A stretch of 64,000 bases of DNA from an uncultured Actinomycetota bacterium (GTDB lineage Bacteria; Actinomycetota; Actinomycetes; JAHEKZ01). The first letter of the stretch is position 1, and every line of letters starts with the position of its first letter. Below are positions 40,817-51,458 of the stretch, piece by piece. The stretch is from positions 33,214 through 97,213 of the forward strand of contig CAVPLY010000007.1 of NCBI GenBank assembly GCA_963706045.1, written 5' to 3'. A model generated the notes under the pieces. It was not told the origin of the DNA, did not search any database, and saw only the letters and a program-made list of their open reading frames with translations. Both the position numbers and the translations under genes were made by a program.

Positions 40817-41584
40817 GTGACAGTTGCCGTACGCGTGATCCCTTGCCTCGATGTCGATGCGGGCCGGGTGGTCAAGGGCGTCAACTTCGAGAACCTTCGC
40901 GATGCCGGCGATCCTGTCGAACTTGCTAGGCGGTATGACGCCGATGGCGCCGACGAGCTCACGTTTCTCGACATCACCGCGTCCAGTGGCGATCGCGGGA
41001 CGACGTACGACGTGGTGAACAGAACAGCGGGGGAGGTCTTCATCCCCCTCACAGTGGGCGGCGGAGTGCGCTCGGTGGCTGATGTCGACCGACTGCTTCG
41101 CGAAGGCGCCGACAAGGTGGGCGTGAACACGGCGGCGATCGCTCATCCAGGGCTGATCGCCGATATCGCCGCACGGTTCGGGCGTCAGGTGCTGGTGCTC
41201 AGTGTTGATGCCAGGCGGTCCCGAGAAGTAACCACTTCATCAGGATTTGAGGTCACGACGCATGGGGGGCGCAGAGGCACCGGCATGGATGCGTTGGAGT
41301 GGGTCAAGCGGGCGCAAGAGCTAGGTGCCGGTGAGATCCTGCTGAACTCCATGGACGCCGACGGCACCCGCGACGGTTTTGACCTCGAGATGATCGAGGC
41401 AGTGCGCGGCCGCACCCACCTGCCGTTGGTGGCAAGTGGGGGAGCCGGACGGCCCGAGCACTTCTCTGCCGCCGTCTCGGCCGGCGCCGATGCCGTACTG
41501 GCGGCCAGTGTCTTCCACTTCGGCGAGTTCACGATCGCTGACGTCAAGGAGCGTCTGCGGACGGATGGTTTCTGCGTGCGCTAG
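40817..41584 (+). CDS. hisF: Imidazole glycerol phosphate synthase cyclase subunit
   Basis: [26 protein letters not shown] and [14 protein letters not shown]. Confidence 0.98.
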   Translation: MTVAVRVIPCLDVDAGRVVKGVNFENLRDAGDPVELARRYDADGADELTFLDITASSGDRGTTYDVVNRTAGEVFIPLTVGGGVRSVADVDRLLREGADKVGVNTAAIAHPGLIADIAARFGRQVLVLSVDARRSREVTTSSGFEVTTHGGRRGTGMDALEWVKRAQELGAGEILLNSMDADGTRDGFDLEMIEAVRGRTHLPLVASGGAGRPEHFSAAVSAGADAVLAASVFHFGEFTIADVKERLRTDGFCVR

Positions 41585-41597
41585 AGCCCCGCCGCTC

Positions 41598-42263
41598 TCA
41601 GACGGCGAGCCGGTGCCGGCGCCAGAGCGTCAACGACGACTCCGAACCCTCGGCCTCAACGTGTGCGTGGTCGCGACGCCCGTGCAGGTAGAGGACCAGC
41701 TCGGCCGGGGCGCCCGAGAGGGTGATCGCCGACGGCAGATCGGTGTTGCCGACCGATATCGACCCGACGCCCTCGGCGTGCAGTCGCACCGGAACCGGCG
41801 CTCGCCGCACGTAGAAGCGGATGCGCTTCGTGAGGCGTTGCCACAGCTCACGCTGGTCGTGGGGAGTGAGGTCTCGCGGCTTCCACGATGGTTGGGCGCG
41901 GAGAACATCCTCGTGATGGACGAAGTGCTCGAACGTGTTGGCTGCCGCGTCGGCCCCAGGGAGTCGAAGGGGAGAGATCTTCGGTGGACCCAGGCGGAAT
42001 CGCTCGATGATGGACGCGTACGGGGTAGCGGCGATCCGCTTCTGCTGCGAGTTCGTCCACCCGGCCAGTTGTGGAACCGCGATTCCGAGGGCCGCCGGGT
42101 GGCCCTCCCGAAGGACCAGATGAGCGACGAGGTCACGCGTAGTCCATCCGGCGCAGAGCGTGTCCGCCTCGGGACCAACGGCGTCGAGGAGGTCGGCGAG
42201 GGCTGCCCTTTCTCGAGCAGCGAGTGGGCGGGATTCTTCAGCACGTTCATCGGGTTGGGGCAT
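41598..42263 (-). CDS. TIGR03085 family (MDMPI/DinB-like) metal-binding protein
   Basis: ERAAL.DLL..GP.A.TLC.GWTTRDL.AHLV.RE, E.FVHHEDV.RA, L.L.GR; usual position between hisF and hisI. Confidence 0.88.
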   Translation of the reverse strand: MPQPDERAEESRPLAARERAALADLLDAVGPEADTLCAGWTTRDLVAHLVLREGHPAALGIAVPQLAGWTNSQQKRIAATPYASIIERFRLGPPKISPLRLPGADAAANTFEHFVHHEDVLRAQPSWKPRDLTPHDQRELWQRLTKRIRFYVRRAPVPVRLHAEGVGSISVGNTDLPSAITLSGAPAELVLYLHGRRDHAHVEAEGSESSLTLWRRHRLAV

Positions 42264-42327
42264 GTCTGCAGCCTGACTGGTGCGGGGCGCCGGCGCCAGT
42301 TGGGAGGCGCGGCGGCAGAATGGGTCC

Positions 42328-42702
42328 ATGCGCAGCGACTCCGCCCTTGACCCTGAGATCGCCGCCCGCCTCAAGCGTGACGAGCATGGGCTCTTTCCCG
42401 CGGTCGCTCAGCAGTACGACAGTGGGCACGTGCTGATGGTCGGATGGATGGACGACGAAGCACTGCATCAGACGTTGACGACGGGGCGCGTCACCTACTT
42501 CAGCCGCAGCAGGCAGAGCCACTGGCGCAAGGGCGACACCTCAGGACACGTGCAGTGGGTCAAGGAGGTCCGTCTCGACTGCGACAGCGACACTGTGCTG
42601 GTCAAGGTGGATCAGGTCGGATGTGCCTGCCACACGGGCGCGCGCACGTGTTTCGACGATGGAGCTCTTGCGGTTACTGGGATCGAAGTCGAGCCGACAT
42701 GA
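42328..42702 (+). CDS. hisI: Phosphoribosyl-AMP cyclohydrolase
   Basis: SRSR..W.KGDTSG, DCDSD and ACHTG..TCF. Confidence 0.97.
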   Translation: MRSDSALDPEIAARLKRDEHGLFPAVAQQYDSGHVLMVGWMDDEALHQTLTTGRVTYFSRSRQSHWRKGDTSGHVQWVKEVRLDCDSDTVLVKVDQVGCACHTGARTCFDDGALAVTGIEVEPT

Positions 42703-44204
42703 GCAGCGGTGATGTGTCACCGTCGTTGAGTGAGTTCCGCGCGTTTGCGCGGGATCGAAGGGTGATCCCCGTCACGCGTCGGCTCATGGCCGACGCCGAG
42801 ACTCCGGTAGGGATCTATCGCAAGCTGGCTCAGGGCCGACCGGGCACCTTCCTTCTGGAGTCGGCCGAGCACGGAGGTGTGTGGTCGCGCTACTCCATCG
42901 TCGGAGCCCGATCGCATTCGGTCCTGACCGAGTCAGAGGGGCGCGCGGTCTGGGTGGGGGGAGAGGCGCCGGCCGGCGTCCCGACCGAGGGTGAGCCTCT
43001 AGAGGTTCTCCGCCAGGTGCTGCGCACGTTGCACACGCCCCGCCAGCCTGGTCTGCCGCCGCTGACCGGTGGTCTGGTCGGCTACGTGGGGTACGACGCG
43101 GTCCGACGGTGGGAGAGGTTGCCCGCCGAAGCCCCCGACGACTTGCACCTGCCAGAACTGGGGCTCATGCTCGCGACCGATCTCGCCGTGCTTGACCACA
43201 GCGACGGCTCGGTGATGCTGATCGCCAACGCGATCAACCACGACGCCACTGACGAACGGGTTGACGAGGCGTGGCACGACGCGGTCGCCCGTTTGGACGT
43301 CATGGCCGACGACCTGTCAGTGTCGGCCCCTTCGACAGTTGCAGTGGTCGACAGCATCGTTACCCCCGACTACGTCTCACGCACCGGGCGTGATGACTTC
43401 TTGGCGTCCGTGGAGTCTGCTCAGGAGGCGATCCGGGCCGGTGAGACCTTCCAGATCGTTGTGAGCCAGCGGTTCGAGATGGACTGTCCGGCCGACAGCC
43501 TGGACGTCTACCGGGTGCTGCGAGCGGTCAACCCAAGCCCCTACATGTACCTCTTGCGCTTCGACGGGTTCGACATCGTCGGATCGAGCCCCGAGGCGCT
43601 GGTAAAGGTTGCTGAAGGACGCGCGCTTGCCCACCCCATCGCCGGCACGCGCTGGCGGGGGAGAACTCCCGAGGAGGATGCGACCCTGGCCTCCGAGCTG
43701 ATTGCTGACGAGAAGGAGCGGGCCGAGCATCTGATGCTGGTCGACCTTGCACGCAATGACCTTGGTCGGGTCTGTCGACCGGGTAGCGTCGAGGTGGTCG
43801 ACTTCATGTCTGTCGAGCGCTACTCCCACGTCATGCACATCGTGTCGACGGTGATCGGTGAGCTCTTACCGGGTCAGACCGCCTACGACGTTCTCGCGGC
43901 CACCTTCCCAGCCGGAACGCTCTCCGGTGCGCCGAAGGTGCGCGCGATGGAGCTGATCGACCACCTCGAGCCGAGCCGGCGCGGCCTCTACGGCGGCACC
44001 GTGGGCTATCTGGACTTCGCTGGTGACATGGACATGGCGATCGCCATCCGCACCGCGCTGATCCGGGACGGTCGTGCGTTTGTCCAGGCGGGTGGGGGGA
44101 TCGTGGCCGACTCTGACCCGGCAGCTGAGTTTGACGAGTCAGTCAACAAGGCTGCTGCGGTGCTGCGGGCCGTCGCAACGGCGGCCACGCTGCGAGCGCC
44201 GTGA
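42699..44204 (+). CDS. trpE: Anthranilate synthase component I
   Basis: FLLES, NPSPYMY, GSSPE, PIAGTR, KE.AEH.MLVDL.RND and SGAPK.RAM. Confidence 0.96.
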   Translation: MSSGDVSPSLSEFRAFARDRRVIPVTRRLMADAETPVGIYRKLAQGRPGTFLLESAEHGGVWSRYSIVGARSHSVLTESEGRAVWVGGEAPAGVPTEGEPLEVLRQVLRTLHTPRQPGLPPLTGGLVGYVGYDAVRRWERLPAEAPDDLHLPELGLMLATDLAVLDHSDGSVMLIANAINHDATDERVDEAWHDAVARLDVMADDLSVSAPSTVAVVDSIVTPDYVSRTGRDDFLASVESAQEAIRAGETFQIVVSQRFEMDCPADSLDVYRVLRAVNPSPYMYLLRFDGFDIVGSSPEALVKVAEGRALAHPIAGTRWRGRTPEEDATLASELIADEKERAEHLMLVDLARNDLGRVCRPGSVEVVDFMSVERYSHVMHIVSTVIGELLPGQTAYDVLAATFPAGTLSGAPKVRAMELIDHLEPSRRGLYGGTVGYLDFAGDMDMAIAIRTALIRDGRAFVQAGGGIVADSDPAAEFDESVNKAAAVLRAVATAATLRAP

Positions 44205-44662
44205 GCCGGTTCACGTCTCGTCGAGCCGCGATTGCCCTGCTGGTTGCCGCCGCGTTGTTGGGGATCATCTCGAGCGCGGACGCCGGCTCGGGTATCGCGG
44301 TCTTGGCAGTAGCCACTGTGCCGGCCCTGTATGCCGTGCCACCGCGAGCACGACCATGGCTCGGTGGTTCTGTGGCCGTGATCGGTACCGCTGCGGGCGT
44401 GCTGGGCGAAATCGGAGGCGATCCCTGGGCCTGGTGCGCCATGGCGTCCCTGGTTGCTGCTGGGGTTGTTATCGCGTTGGGTGGGCGTGCCTGGCCAGCT
44501 CTGTCTGGGCGGTACGGCTCGTCCAGCGGTCGCGGTCAAGGGATGAGCGACGACCCGACTGAGCTCTGGCGGGAGCTCGATCGCGGTCACGACCCGACGG
44601 TTGCACCGCCGCGCGACACGAGCACCCCCAAGACACCACCTGACGACGTGGCCGTCGACTAG
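44201..44662 (+). CDS. Trp biosynthesis-associated membrane protein
   Basis: TMs, then WP.LS.RY and LW..LDRG.DPT, directly after trpE. Confidence 0.8.
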   Translation: MSRFTSRRAAIALLVAAALLGIISSADAGSGIAVLAVATVPALYAVPPRARPWLGGSVAVIGTAAGVLGEIGGDPWAWCAMASLVAAGVVIALGGRAWPALSGRYGSSSGRGQGMSDDPTELWRELDRGHDPTVAPPRDTSTPKTPPDDVAVD

Positions 44663-44671
44663 CCTGCAGTC

Positions 44672-45271
44672 GTGAGCACAGCAGAGCCCCCAGGCCCCCC
44701 TGACCCCTGGCAGCCTCCTGACGAGGGGTCCGTGCCGCCGCCCCCACCGCCACCTCCCGCGCCGCCGCCCCCACCGCCGATGGCCGGGTATCCGCCGGCC
44801 TACCCTCCTGCCACCCCCGCCCCCGGCTATCAGCCGTCCCCAACGGGCGTTCCCCGCACGAGTGGCAAGGCCACGACAGTGCTCGTTCTCGGGATCAGCA
44901 GTCTGGTGCTGCTCTGCGCGGTGTTCGTCTTCTTGCCCGTCAGCGTCATCCCGGCGATTATCGCGCTGGTGCTCGCCTCAGGGGCCAAGCGCGAGATCAA
45001 CCAGTCGGGGGGCGCACTGACCGGGCTCGGTGCCGTCAAGGCCGGCGTCATCTGCTCGTGGGTGGCTATCGGCATCTCGATCGCCTGGTTCGCGCTGATC
45101 ATCGCTCTGTTCGCGCTGGGGAATGTCACTGAGGCCAGCGTTGAGAGCACCTCGGACACCGTGTCAGAGAGCGGGGTCGGGCTGGTGGGTCTGGTGGCGG
45201 GGATGCCACTATTGGCGCAGGTGCGCAGACGACTGCCACCGGCTTCGTCACGAACGAGCAAGGAGATCTGA
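44672..45271 (+). CDS. DUF4190-like membrane protein with Pro-rich N-terminus
   Basis: TSGKA...LVLGI, A..EI..S.G...G.G..KAG.I. Confidence 0.75.
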   Translation: MSTAEPPGPPDPWQPPDEGSVPPPPPPPPAPPPPPPMAGYPPAYPPATPAPGYQPSPTGVPRTSGKATTVLVLGISSLVLLCAVFVFLPVSVIPAIIALVLASGAKREINQSGGALTGLGAVKAGVICSWVAIGISIAWFALIIALFALGNVTEASVESTSDTVSESGVGLVGLVAGMPLLAQVRRRLPPASSRTSKEI

Positions 45272-45478
45272 ATGTCAGCCGAGCACGATGACCACGGCTC
45301 GACCCCTGCAGCCTGGACCGCGGTGACGATCATCATGGTCGCGTTCCTGGTGGGCGGACTGGGCGTCCTGATCGCTCAACCTTGGGTCTTCTGGGCCGGG
45401 GTCGTCCTCGCGGTCGCGGGAGTTGTGGTCGGCAAGGTCATGCAGATGATGGGGATGGGCGCCGCAGCGGCGTCCTGA
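45272..45478 (+). CDS. HGxxPAAW family small membrane protein
   Basis: HGSTPAAWTAV motif, two TMs, AGGAG RBS. Confidence 0.9.
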   Translation: MSAEHDDHGSTPAAWTAVTIIMVAFLVGGLGVLIAQPWVFWAGVVLAVAGVVVGKVMQMMGMGAAAAS

Positions 45479-45481
45479 CAC

Positions 45482-45931
45482 ATGGTCACAGCCACACCGA
45501 CCCGTCGACACGCCACCGAACGGTGGGCGTGGGTAGCCGGTGGCGCGGCAGCGGTCGGACTGCTCGCCCTGCGAGACCCGAACACCTCCGGCAGCTACGG
45601 CTTCTGCCCGCTTCTAGCGGTCACCGGACTGGACTGTCCCCTCTGTGGTGGCCTGCGCGGAACCTCCGCCCTTCTGCACGGTGATGTTGCCACCGCGCTC
45701 GACCACAATGCTCTGCTCCCGCTCTTCCTCGGGGTCGCCATCGTGTTCGCGGTGACGGCCTTCGTGAGGGCCGGACGCGTCGACTCAGAGTTGGCGGCGT
45801 CGAGAAGTCGTGTGCGCCCGCTCACTATTCGGCCAGCCGTCCTGTGGTGGTCGCTGGGCGTTGTCACTGCGGTCTTCTTCGTCGTGCGCAACCTGCCGTG
45901 GTTTCCGTACCTGGACTCAGTGGCTGGATGA
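45482..45931 (+). CDS. DUF2752 membrane protein
   Basis: CP....TG..CP.CGGLR....L.HG...A..HN and F.V.RN.P. Confidence 0.88.
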   Translation: MVTATPTRRHATERWAWVAGGAAAVGLLALRDPNTSGSYGFCPLLAVTGLDCPLCGGLRGTSALLHGDVATALDHNALLPLFLGVAIVFAVTAFVRAGRVDSELAASRSRVRPLTIRPAVLWWSLGVVTAVFFVVRNLPWFPYLDSVAG

Positions 45932-46272
45932 GCTACCCTCCGCCCGGCCCACCTCCTCCTCCGCCCGGCCCACCTTCTCCTCCGCCCGGCTCACCCCCTG
46001 GTCCGTGGGCCACGCCGCCGCCCAACTCGGGCAAGGCGATTGCCGCCCTCGTGCTGGGCATTCTCGGCATCGTCTCGTGTCAGGTGCTGGGGATTGCCGC
46101 CATCGTGCTCGGCAGGCAGGCCAACGACGAGATCGCCGCGTCAGGGGGACTCCTGGGTGGCGACGGATTCGCGAAGGCCGGTGTGATCATGGGATGGGTT
46201 GCGGTAGCCCTCTTGGTCCTTACTGTGGTGGGCTTCATCCTCTTCTTCGTGACTGCCGCGGCCTTCCGCTGA
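45928..46272 (+). CDS. DUF4190 membrane protein
   Basis: Pro-rich start, SGKAIAALVLGILG, A.EI..S.G..GG.G.AKAG.I.G; ATGA overlap. Confidence 0.8.
   Translation: MSYPPPGPPPPPPGPPSPPPGSPPGPWATPPPNSGKAIAALVLGILGIVSCQVLGIAAIVLGRQANDEIAASGGLLGGDGFAKAGVIMGWVAVALLVLTVVGFILFFVTAAAFR
45937..46000 (+). repeat. 21-bp tandem repeat, about 3 copies, encoding PPPGPPP-like units
   Basis: CCTCCGCCCGGCCCACCT(C/T)CT repeated. Confidence 0.8.
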
Positions 46273-46316
46273 CGGGTCGGGCCGGACGCGCATCCTCGCG
46301 CCGATACTCTTGAGCG

Positions 46317-47129
46317 ATGAGCGTCTTGGCGGAGATCGTGGCAGGGGTCCGTGAAGACCTCGCCCTGCGCGAGGCTGCCCGTCCGCTGGAACTCGTCAAG
46401 GTCAGCGCTGCTGAGCAGGCCCCTCCTCTCGATGCCTTCGGCGTGCTGAACGACCACCCAGGCGTCGCAGTGATCGCCGAGGTCAAACGGTCGTCTCCAT
46501 CGAAGGGGGCGTTGGCGCCCATCGATGATCCGGCAGCACTGGCCGGCCACTATGCATCTGGCGGCGCCGCCGTCATATCCGTGCTCACCGAGCAGCGCCG
46601 TTTCGGTGGGTCGCTCGACGACCTGCGGGCTGTTCGGGCAACGGTGTCGATCCCGGTCCTGCGCAAGGACTTCATCGTCACGAGCTACCAACTGTGGGAG
46701 GCGCGTGACGCGGGAGCCGACATGGTGCTGCTCATCGTGGCGGCCCTCGAGCAGGAGGCCCTCATCTCGTTGATCGAGCGTGCGGAGTCGCTAGGGATGA
46801 CGCCGCTGGTCGAGGTGCACGACGCACCAGAGGTGGAACGGGCCCTGGCTGCGGGCGCCCGGGTGATCGGTGTCAACGCGCGCAACCTCAAGACCCTCGA
46901 CGTCGACCCAGGTACCTTCGCACGCGTGGCCCCTTTGATCCCCCCCGGCGTGGTCGCCATCGCAGAGTCTGGCGTTCGGGGCCCAGCCGACGTCGTGTCA
47001 TATGCCCACCAAGGAGCCCACGCCGTCCTCGTCGGAGAGGTCCTGGTCACCGGCCCGGACCCGCGGGCAGCGGTTTCTGAACTGGTGGCTGCGGGGGCAC
47101 ACCCAACCTCCAGCAGAGGAGCGACATGA
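46317..47129 (+). CDS. trpC: Indole-3-glycerol phosphate synthase
   Basis: [30 protein letters not shown] and AESG. Confidence 0.97.
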   Translation: MSVLAEIVAGVREDLALREAARPLELVKVSAAEQAPPLDAFGVLNDHPGVAVIAEVKRSSPSKGALAPIDDPAALAGHYASGGAAVISVLTEQRRFGGSLDDLRAVRATVSIPVLRKDFIVTSYQLWEARDAGADMVLLIVAALEQEALISLIERAESLGMTPLVEVHDAPEVERALAAGARVIGVNARNLKTLDVDPGTFARVAPLIPPGVVAIAESGVRGPADVVSYAHQGAHAVLVGEVLVTGPDPRAAVSELVAAGAHPTSSRGAT

Positions 47130-48379
47130 GTGTCGACATGCCGTCGCGGACGCCCGGTGCAGCGTCGGGTCAGAGCTTTGATCCCGATGCGACGGGGCAC
47201 TGGGGTCGATTCGGCGGCCGGTTTGTGCCAGAAGCGCTCGTCGCGGCCCTCGATGAGTTGACCGAGGCGTTCGAGCAGGCGCGTGTCGACCCCGATTTCA
47301 TCGCGACTCTTGCCCACCTGCAGCGCACCTACACCGGGCGGCCGAGCCCCCTGACTGAGGCGACCCGCCTCTCCGAGCACGCCGGTGGCGCACGCATCCT
47401 GTTGAAGCGCGAGGACCTCAACCACACCGGCTCGCACAAGATCAACAACGTGCTGGGCCAAGCACTCCTCACACAGCGCATGGGCAAGACCCGGGTGATT
47501 GCTGAGACGGGGGCGGGCCAGCACGGGGTGGCGACCGCGACTGCATGCGCACTGCTCGGCCTCGAGTGCGTGGTCTACATGGGTGCAGAGGACACGCGTC
47601 GCCAGGCGCTCAACGTGGCTCGCATGAAGCTCCTCGGAGCCCAGGTCGTCGCCGTCGAGACGGGGAGCCAGACGCTCAAGGACGCGATCAACGATGCGAT
47701 GCGCGACTGGGTCACCAATGTCGACCGCACCCACTACATCCTCGGGACAGTCACCGGGCCGCACCCCTTCCCGACGATGGTGCGCGACTTTCAGCGGGTC
47801 ATCGGTGATGAGGCTCGGCAGCAGGTCATCGATCTGACTGGAGGCCTCCCGGACGCCGTGGTGGCCTGCGTGGGTGGAGGCTCGAACGCCATGGGCATCT
47901 TCGCGGCCTTCCTCGACGACGCTGATGTTCGGTTGTACGGGTTCGAAGCGGGAGGCGAGGGCGTCTCCACCGGGCGTCACGCGGCTCGCATGGCAGGGGG
48001 ATCGCCAGGGGTGCTGCACGGCACCCGCACCTACGTGATGCAGGACGAGATGGGACAGACGGTTCCTTCGCACTCGATATCCGCTGGCCTGGACTACCCA
48101 GGAGTGGGACCCCAACACGCCTGGTTGCACGAAATCGGTCGGGTGAAGTACGCCCCGGTCAACGACGACGTGGCGATGGCGTCGTTCGAGCTGGTCTGCC
48201 GTACGGAAGGAATCATCCCCGCCATCGAGTCGGCGCATGCCGTGGCTGGCGCCCTGGATGTCGGACGCAACCTCGGCCCTGACTCGGTCGTCCTCGTCAA
48301 TCTGTCCGGGCGTGGTGACAAAGACGTCGCGACCGCGGCGGCATGGTTTGGCATCGATGCCGGTGAGGACACCGCGTGA
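47126..48379 (+). CDS. trpB: Tryptophan synthase beta chain
   Basis: [34 protein letters not shown] and NLSGRGDKD. Confidence 0.98.
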   Translation: MSVDMPSRTPGAASGQSFDPDATGHWGRFGGRFVPEALVAALDELTEAFEQARVDPDFIATLAHLQRTYTGRPSPLTEATRLSEHAGGARILLKREDLNHTGSHKINNVLGQALLTQRMGKTRVIAETGAGQHGVATATACALLGLECVVYMGAEDTRRQALNVARMKLLGAQVVAVETGSQTLKDAINDAMRDWVTNVDRTHYILGTVTGPHPFPTMVRDFQRVIGDEARQQVIDLTGGLPDAVVACVGGGSNAMGIFAAFLDDADVRLYGFEAGGEGVSTGRHAARMAGGSPGVLHGTRTYVMQDEMGQTVPSHSISAGLDYPGVGPQHAWLHEIGRVKYAPVNDDVAMASFELVCRTEGIIPAIESAHAVAGALDVGRNLGPDSVVLVNLSGRGDKDVATAAAWFGIDAGEDTA

Positions 48380-49185
48380 CGGGATTGACGCAGCTCTTCG
48401 CGCGAACCCGCGACGAGGGGCGTGCCGCTCTGATCGGCTACCTGCCAGCGGGATTCCCGACCGTCCCAGGTGCCATCGAGGCGATGCATGCCATGGTCGA
48501 AGGGGGAGTCGACGCCATCGAGGTGGGCCTGCCCTACTCCGACCCGCTGCTCGACGGGCCGACGATCCAAGAGGCTGTAGACCGAGCACTCCGGTCCGGC
48601 GCGACGACTGCTGACGTGCTCGAGACGGTGCGCGCCGTGGCCGAGACGGGCGTGCCAACGATGGTCATGAGCTACTGGAATCCGATCGAGAAGTTCGGGG
48701 TCGCGAACTTCGCTCGCCAGCTCTCCGAAGCAGGAGGATCTGGGGTCATCACTGCCGACATCACCCCGGAGGAGGCTGGTGCGTGGCTCGAGGCCAGTAG
48801 CGCCGCGGGGCTCGACAGGATCTTCCTCGTGGCTCCCTCGTCGACTGACGAGCGGATTGCCCTGACGACGTCGGCCGGCTCTGGGTTCGTGTACGCAGCG
48901 GCCGTGATGGGTGTGACCGGTACTCGGACGCAGGTGGCACCTGCCGCCCGCGAGCTGGTGGAGCGCACCCGCGCGGCGACGGAGCTACCGATCTGCGTGG
49001 GCCTGGGAGTATCGACGGGCCGGCAGGCGGCCGAGATCGCAGAGTTTGCCGACGGGGTGATCGTCGGGTCGGCCTTTGTGCGGGCGCTGCTGGACGCCAA
49101 CTCGGCGTCCGAAGGCCTCGGTCAGGTGCGTGCGCTGGCTCGTGAGCTTCGCTCCGGTGTCGCCCAGGGAAGCTCAAACCGGTGA
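48376..49185 (+). CDS. trpA: Tryptophan synthase alpha chain
   Basis: [24 protein letters not shown] and ADGVIVGSA. Confidence 0.97.
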   Translation: MTGLTQLFARTRDEGRAALIGYLPAGFPTVPGAIEAMHAMVEGGVDAIEVGLPYSDPLLDGPTIQEAVDRALRSGATTADVLETVRAVAETGVPTMVMSYWNPIEKFGVANFARQLSEAGGSGVITADITPEEAGAWLEASSAAGLDRIFLVAPSSTDERIALTTSAGSGFVYAAAVMGVTGTRTQVAPAARELVERTRAATELPICVGLGVSTGRQAAEIAEFADGVIVGSAFVRALLDANSASEGLGQVRALARELRSGVAQGSSNR

Positions 49186-49778
49186 GCAGCTTCCGAGGTT
49201 CCGGCGCGCAGCTGTGGATCTCGACGATCATGCGTATCGGGTTGGCCGGCGTCCTGCTCTGGAGCGGTGGGGCGAAGGTGTCGGAGCCGCGACAGGCTGT
49301 CATGGCCGTACAGGCCTACGAGATCCTGCCGACGAGTGTGGGGGAGTTCGTCGGATATGCGCTTCCACTTTTCGAGCTCGCTCTCGGGCTCGCCCTGTTG
49401 CTGGGAGTGGCCACCAGAGTCAGTGCCGTCATCGGCGGCGCACTCATGACGGCATTCGTGGTGGGCGTGGCGTCAGCGTGGGCACGCGGACTGTCGATCG
49501 ACTGTGGCTGTTTCGGTGGCGGTGGTGCGGTGGCCGAAGGCGAGGCCAACTACCTGCCGGTGCTGCTCCGCGATGCGGGGTTCGCTGCCATGGCAGCCTG
49601 GTTAGTGGTCTTTCCAGCAACCCGATGGGCACTGGACCGAGGTGGGCGCGCGGGCACCGGAGACCTTGGGCTCTACGACGAGTGGGATGACGATGAAAAA
49701 TCGGTTGAGAGTGCGGTCTCAGGGCATGGGCAGACGCAGCACCAAACAGTCAACACTGAAGAGGAGCCACAGCGGTGA
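49182..49778 (+). CDS. MauE/DoxX family redox-associated membrane protein
   Basis: Y.ILP, LP..E, AWARGLSIDCGCFG and LRD. Confidence 0.9.
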   Translation: MSSFRGSGAQLWISTIMRIGLAGVLLWSGGAKVSEPRQAVMAVQAYEILPTSVGEFVGYALPLFELALGLALLLGVATRVSAVIGGALMTAFVVGVASAWARGLSIDCGCFGGGGAVAEGEANYLPVLLRDAGFAAMAAWLVVFPATRWALDRGGRAGTGDLGLYDEWDDDEKSVESAVSGHGQTQHQTVNTEEEPQR

Positions 49779-50575
49779 CGAACGGCACGCGTGACGGGGA
49801 CGGCGGGTCTACGTCCGGCAAGAAGGGCAAGGGCAAAGGCGGCAAGCGGGGCGCACGCGATCGCCTGGCCGCCGAGCGTGCCCAGCAGGCGAAGGCTGAC
49901 AAGCGGAAGCGTCAGCGCTCCAACATCGCGATCGCCGTCGTCGTGGCAGTGGTGGCTGGGTTCATCGTCGTGTACGCATTCCTCGCAGCGAACGACGATG
50001 GTCCAACCGACGCCGCACTGCCCGCCCTTGTGCAGGAGCAGGGCGGCGGCGTTGTCTTCGGAGACGGCCCGGTCGATGTGGCGCTCTGGGAAGACTTCCA
50101 ATGCCCAGGGTGCAAGGGATTCGAGCAGGCGAACGGCGCAATGTTGGAGAAGCGGGTCGATGCCGGTGAGGTCACGATGACCATCCACCCGTTGTCGTTC
50201 CTTGACCAGAACCTCGGTAACTCTTCGTCGGTTGAGGCGGCGAACGCGTTCGGCTGCGCCGCTGATGTGGGCCAGCAGCAGGCATTGGACTTCCACCTCA
50301 CCGTCTATGCGAATCAGCCCGCGGAGAATCCGGGCCAGCCGGCCTGGAGCACCGATGACCTCATCGGGTGGGGCAACGACGTAGGTATCGACGGCCAGGA
50401 GTGGGAGTCCTGCGTCACCGATCTGACCTACTCCGACTGGGTCGAGCAGGTGGCCAACAGCCAGGCTGGCGCGGGCATCACGAGCACCCCAACTGTCTTC
50501 CTCGACGGTGAGAAGTTCGAGCTCGATGGCGACCTGAATGCGGCCATCGACGAAGCAGTCAAGGCAGACCAGTAG
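49775..50575 (+). CDS. Membrane-anchored DsbA-family thiol-disulfide oxidoreductase
   Basis: Basic N-terminus plus TM, EDFQCPGC, cis-Pro STPT. Confidence 0.9.
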   Translation: MTNGTRDGDGGSTSGKKGKGKGGKRGARDRLAAERAQQAKADKRKRQRSNIAIAVVVAVVAGFIVVYAFLAANDDGPTDAALPALVQEQGGGVVFGDGPVDVALWEDFQCPGCKGFEQANGAMLEKRVDAGEVTMTIHPLSFLDQNLGNSSSVEAANAFGCAADVGQQQALDFHLTVYANQPAENPGQPAWSTDDLIGWGNDVGIDGQEWESCVTDLTYSDWVEQVANSQAGAGITSTPTVFLDGEKFELDGDLNAAIDEAVKADQ

Positions 50576-50591
50576 TGGGTGGCAGGACCTG

Positions 50592-51458
50592 ATGCTCGCC
50601 ATCCCCAGCCCCAGTGACGGCGTCTGGAACATCGGCTTCTTCCCCGTGCGGGGCTATGCGGTGGCCATCATCGTCGGTATTGCGCTGGCCATCTGGATCG
50701 GTGATCGGCGCTGGCGCGCTCGCGGAGGCGAACGTGGGCTCGTGGCAGATGTCGCCGTCTGGGCAGTCCCCTTCGGAATCATCGGTGGCCGCCTGTACCA
50801 CGTGATCTCGTCGCCTCAGGCGTACTTCGGTGAGGGGGGAGACCCTTTCGGGGCCTTCCGTATATGGGAAGGCGGCCTAGGTATCTGGGGTGCCGTCGTT
50901 CTCGGTGGGGTGGGTGCGTGGATCGGCGTCCGTCGTCGCGGCATTCCGCTAGCGCCTTTCGGCGATGCGTTGGCGCCGGGAATCGCGGTGGCGCAAGCGG
51001 TTGGCCGTTGGGGAAACTGGGTCAACCAGGAGCTGTTTGGGCGTCCGACGACCCTTCCTTGGGGACTCGAGATCGACGTCGAGCACCGACCCGTTGAGTA
51101 CATCGACTCTGCGACCTTCCACCCGACTTTTCTGTACGAGTCCCTCTGGATGCTGGTGGTGGCGGGTCTGCTCGTCATGGCCGATCGTCGGTGGCGGATG
51201 GGTCACGGGCGCGTGTTCGCGCTCTATGTCGCGCTTTACGCCCTTGGACGCCTTCCGATTGAGCTCCTCCGCATCGATCCCGCCAACGACGTTCTCGGGT
51301 TGCGCGTCAACGTCTGGATCTCGATGCTGACGTTTGTGGGTGCCGTCACCTATCTGGTGGTGTCGACACGTCGCAAGCCGGGGCGCGAGTCGCCCGAGGA
51401 GCTCGTGGGAGTGCCACGTACATCGGTGTCGGTCGACGAACAGGAGGGAAGCCAGTGA
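50592..51458 (+). CDS. lgt: Prolipoprotein diacylglyceryl transferase
   Basis: IPSP, GGRLYHV, IWEGGLGIWG, QAVGRWGNW.NQE..G and HPTFLYES. Confidence 0.96.
   Translation: MLAIPSPSDGVWNIGFFPVRGYAVAIIVGIALAIWIGDRRWRARGGERGLVADVAVWAVPFGIIGGRLYHVISSPQAYFGEGGDPFGAFRIWEGGLGIWGAVVLGGVGAWIGVRRRGIPLAPFGDALAPGIAVAQAVGRWGNWVNQELFGRPTTLPWGLEIDVEHRPVEYIDSATFHPTFLYESLWMLVVAGLLVMADRRWRMGHGRVFALYVALYALGRLPIELLRIDPANDVLGLRVNVWISMLTFVGAVTYLVVSTRRKPGRESPEELVGVPRTSVSVDEQEGSQ

Noticed and set aside
46685-48658. 657-aa minus-strand ORF over trpC/trpB (similarly 60655-62364 over carB and 35331-36683 over hisD)
   Set aside because: Antisense shadow frames typical of GC3-rich genes.
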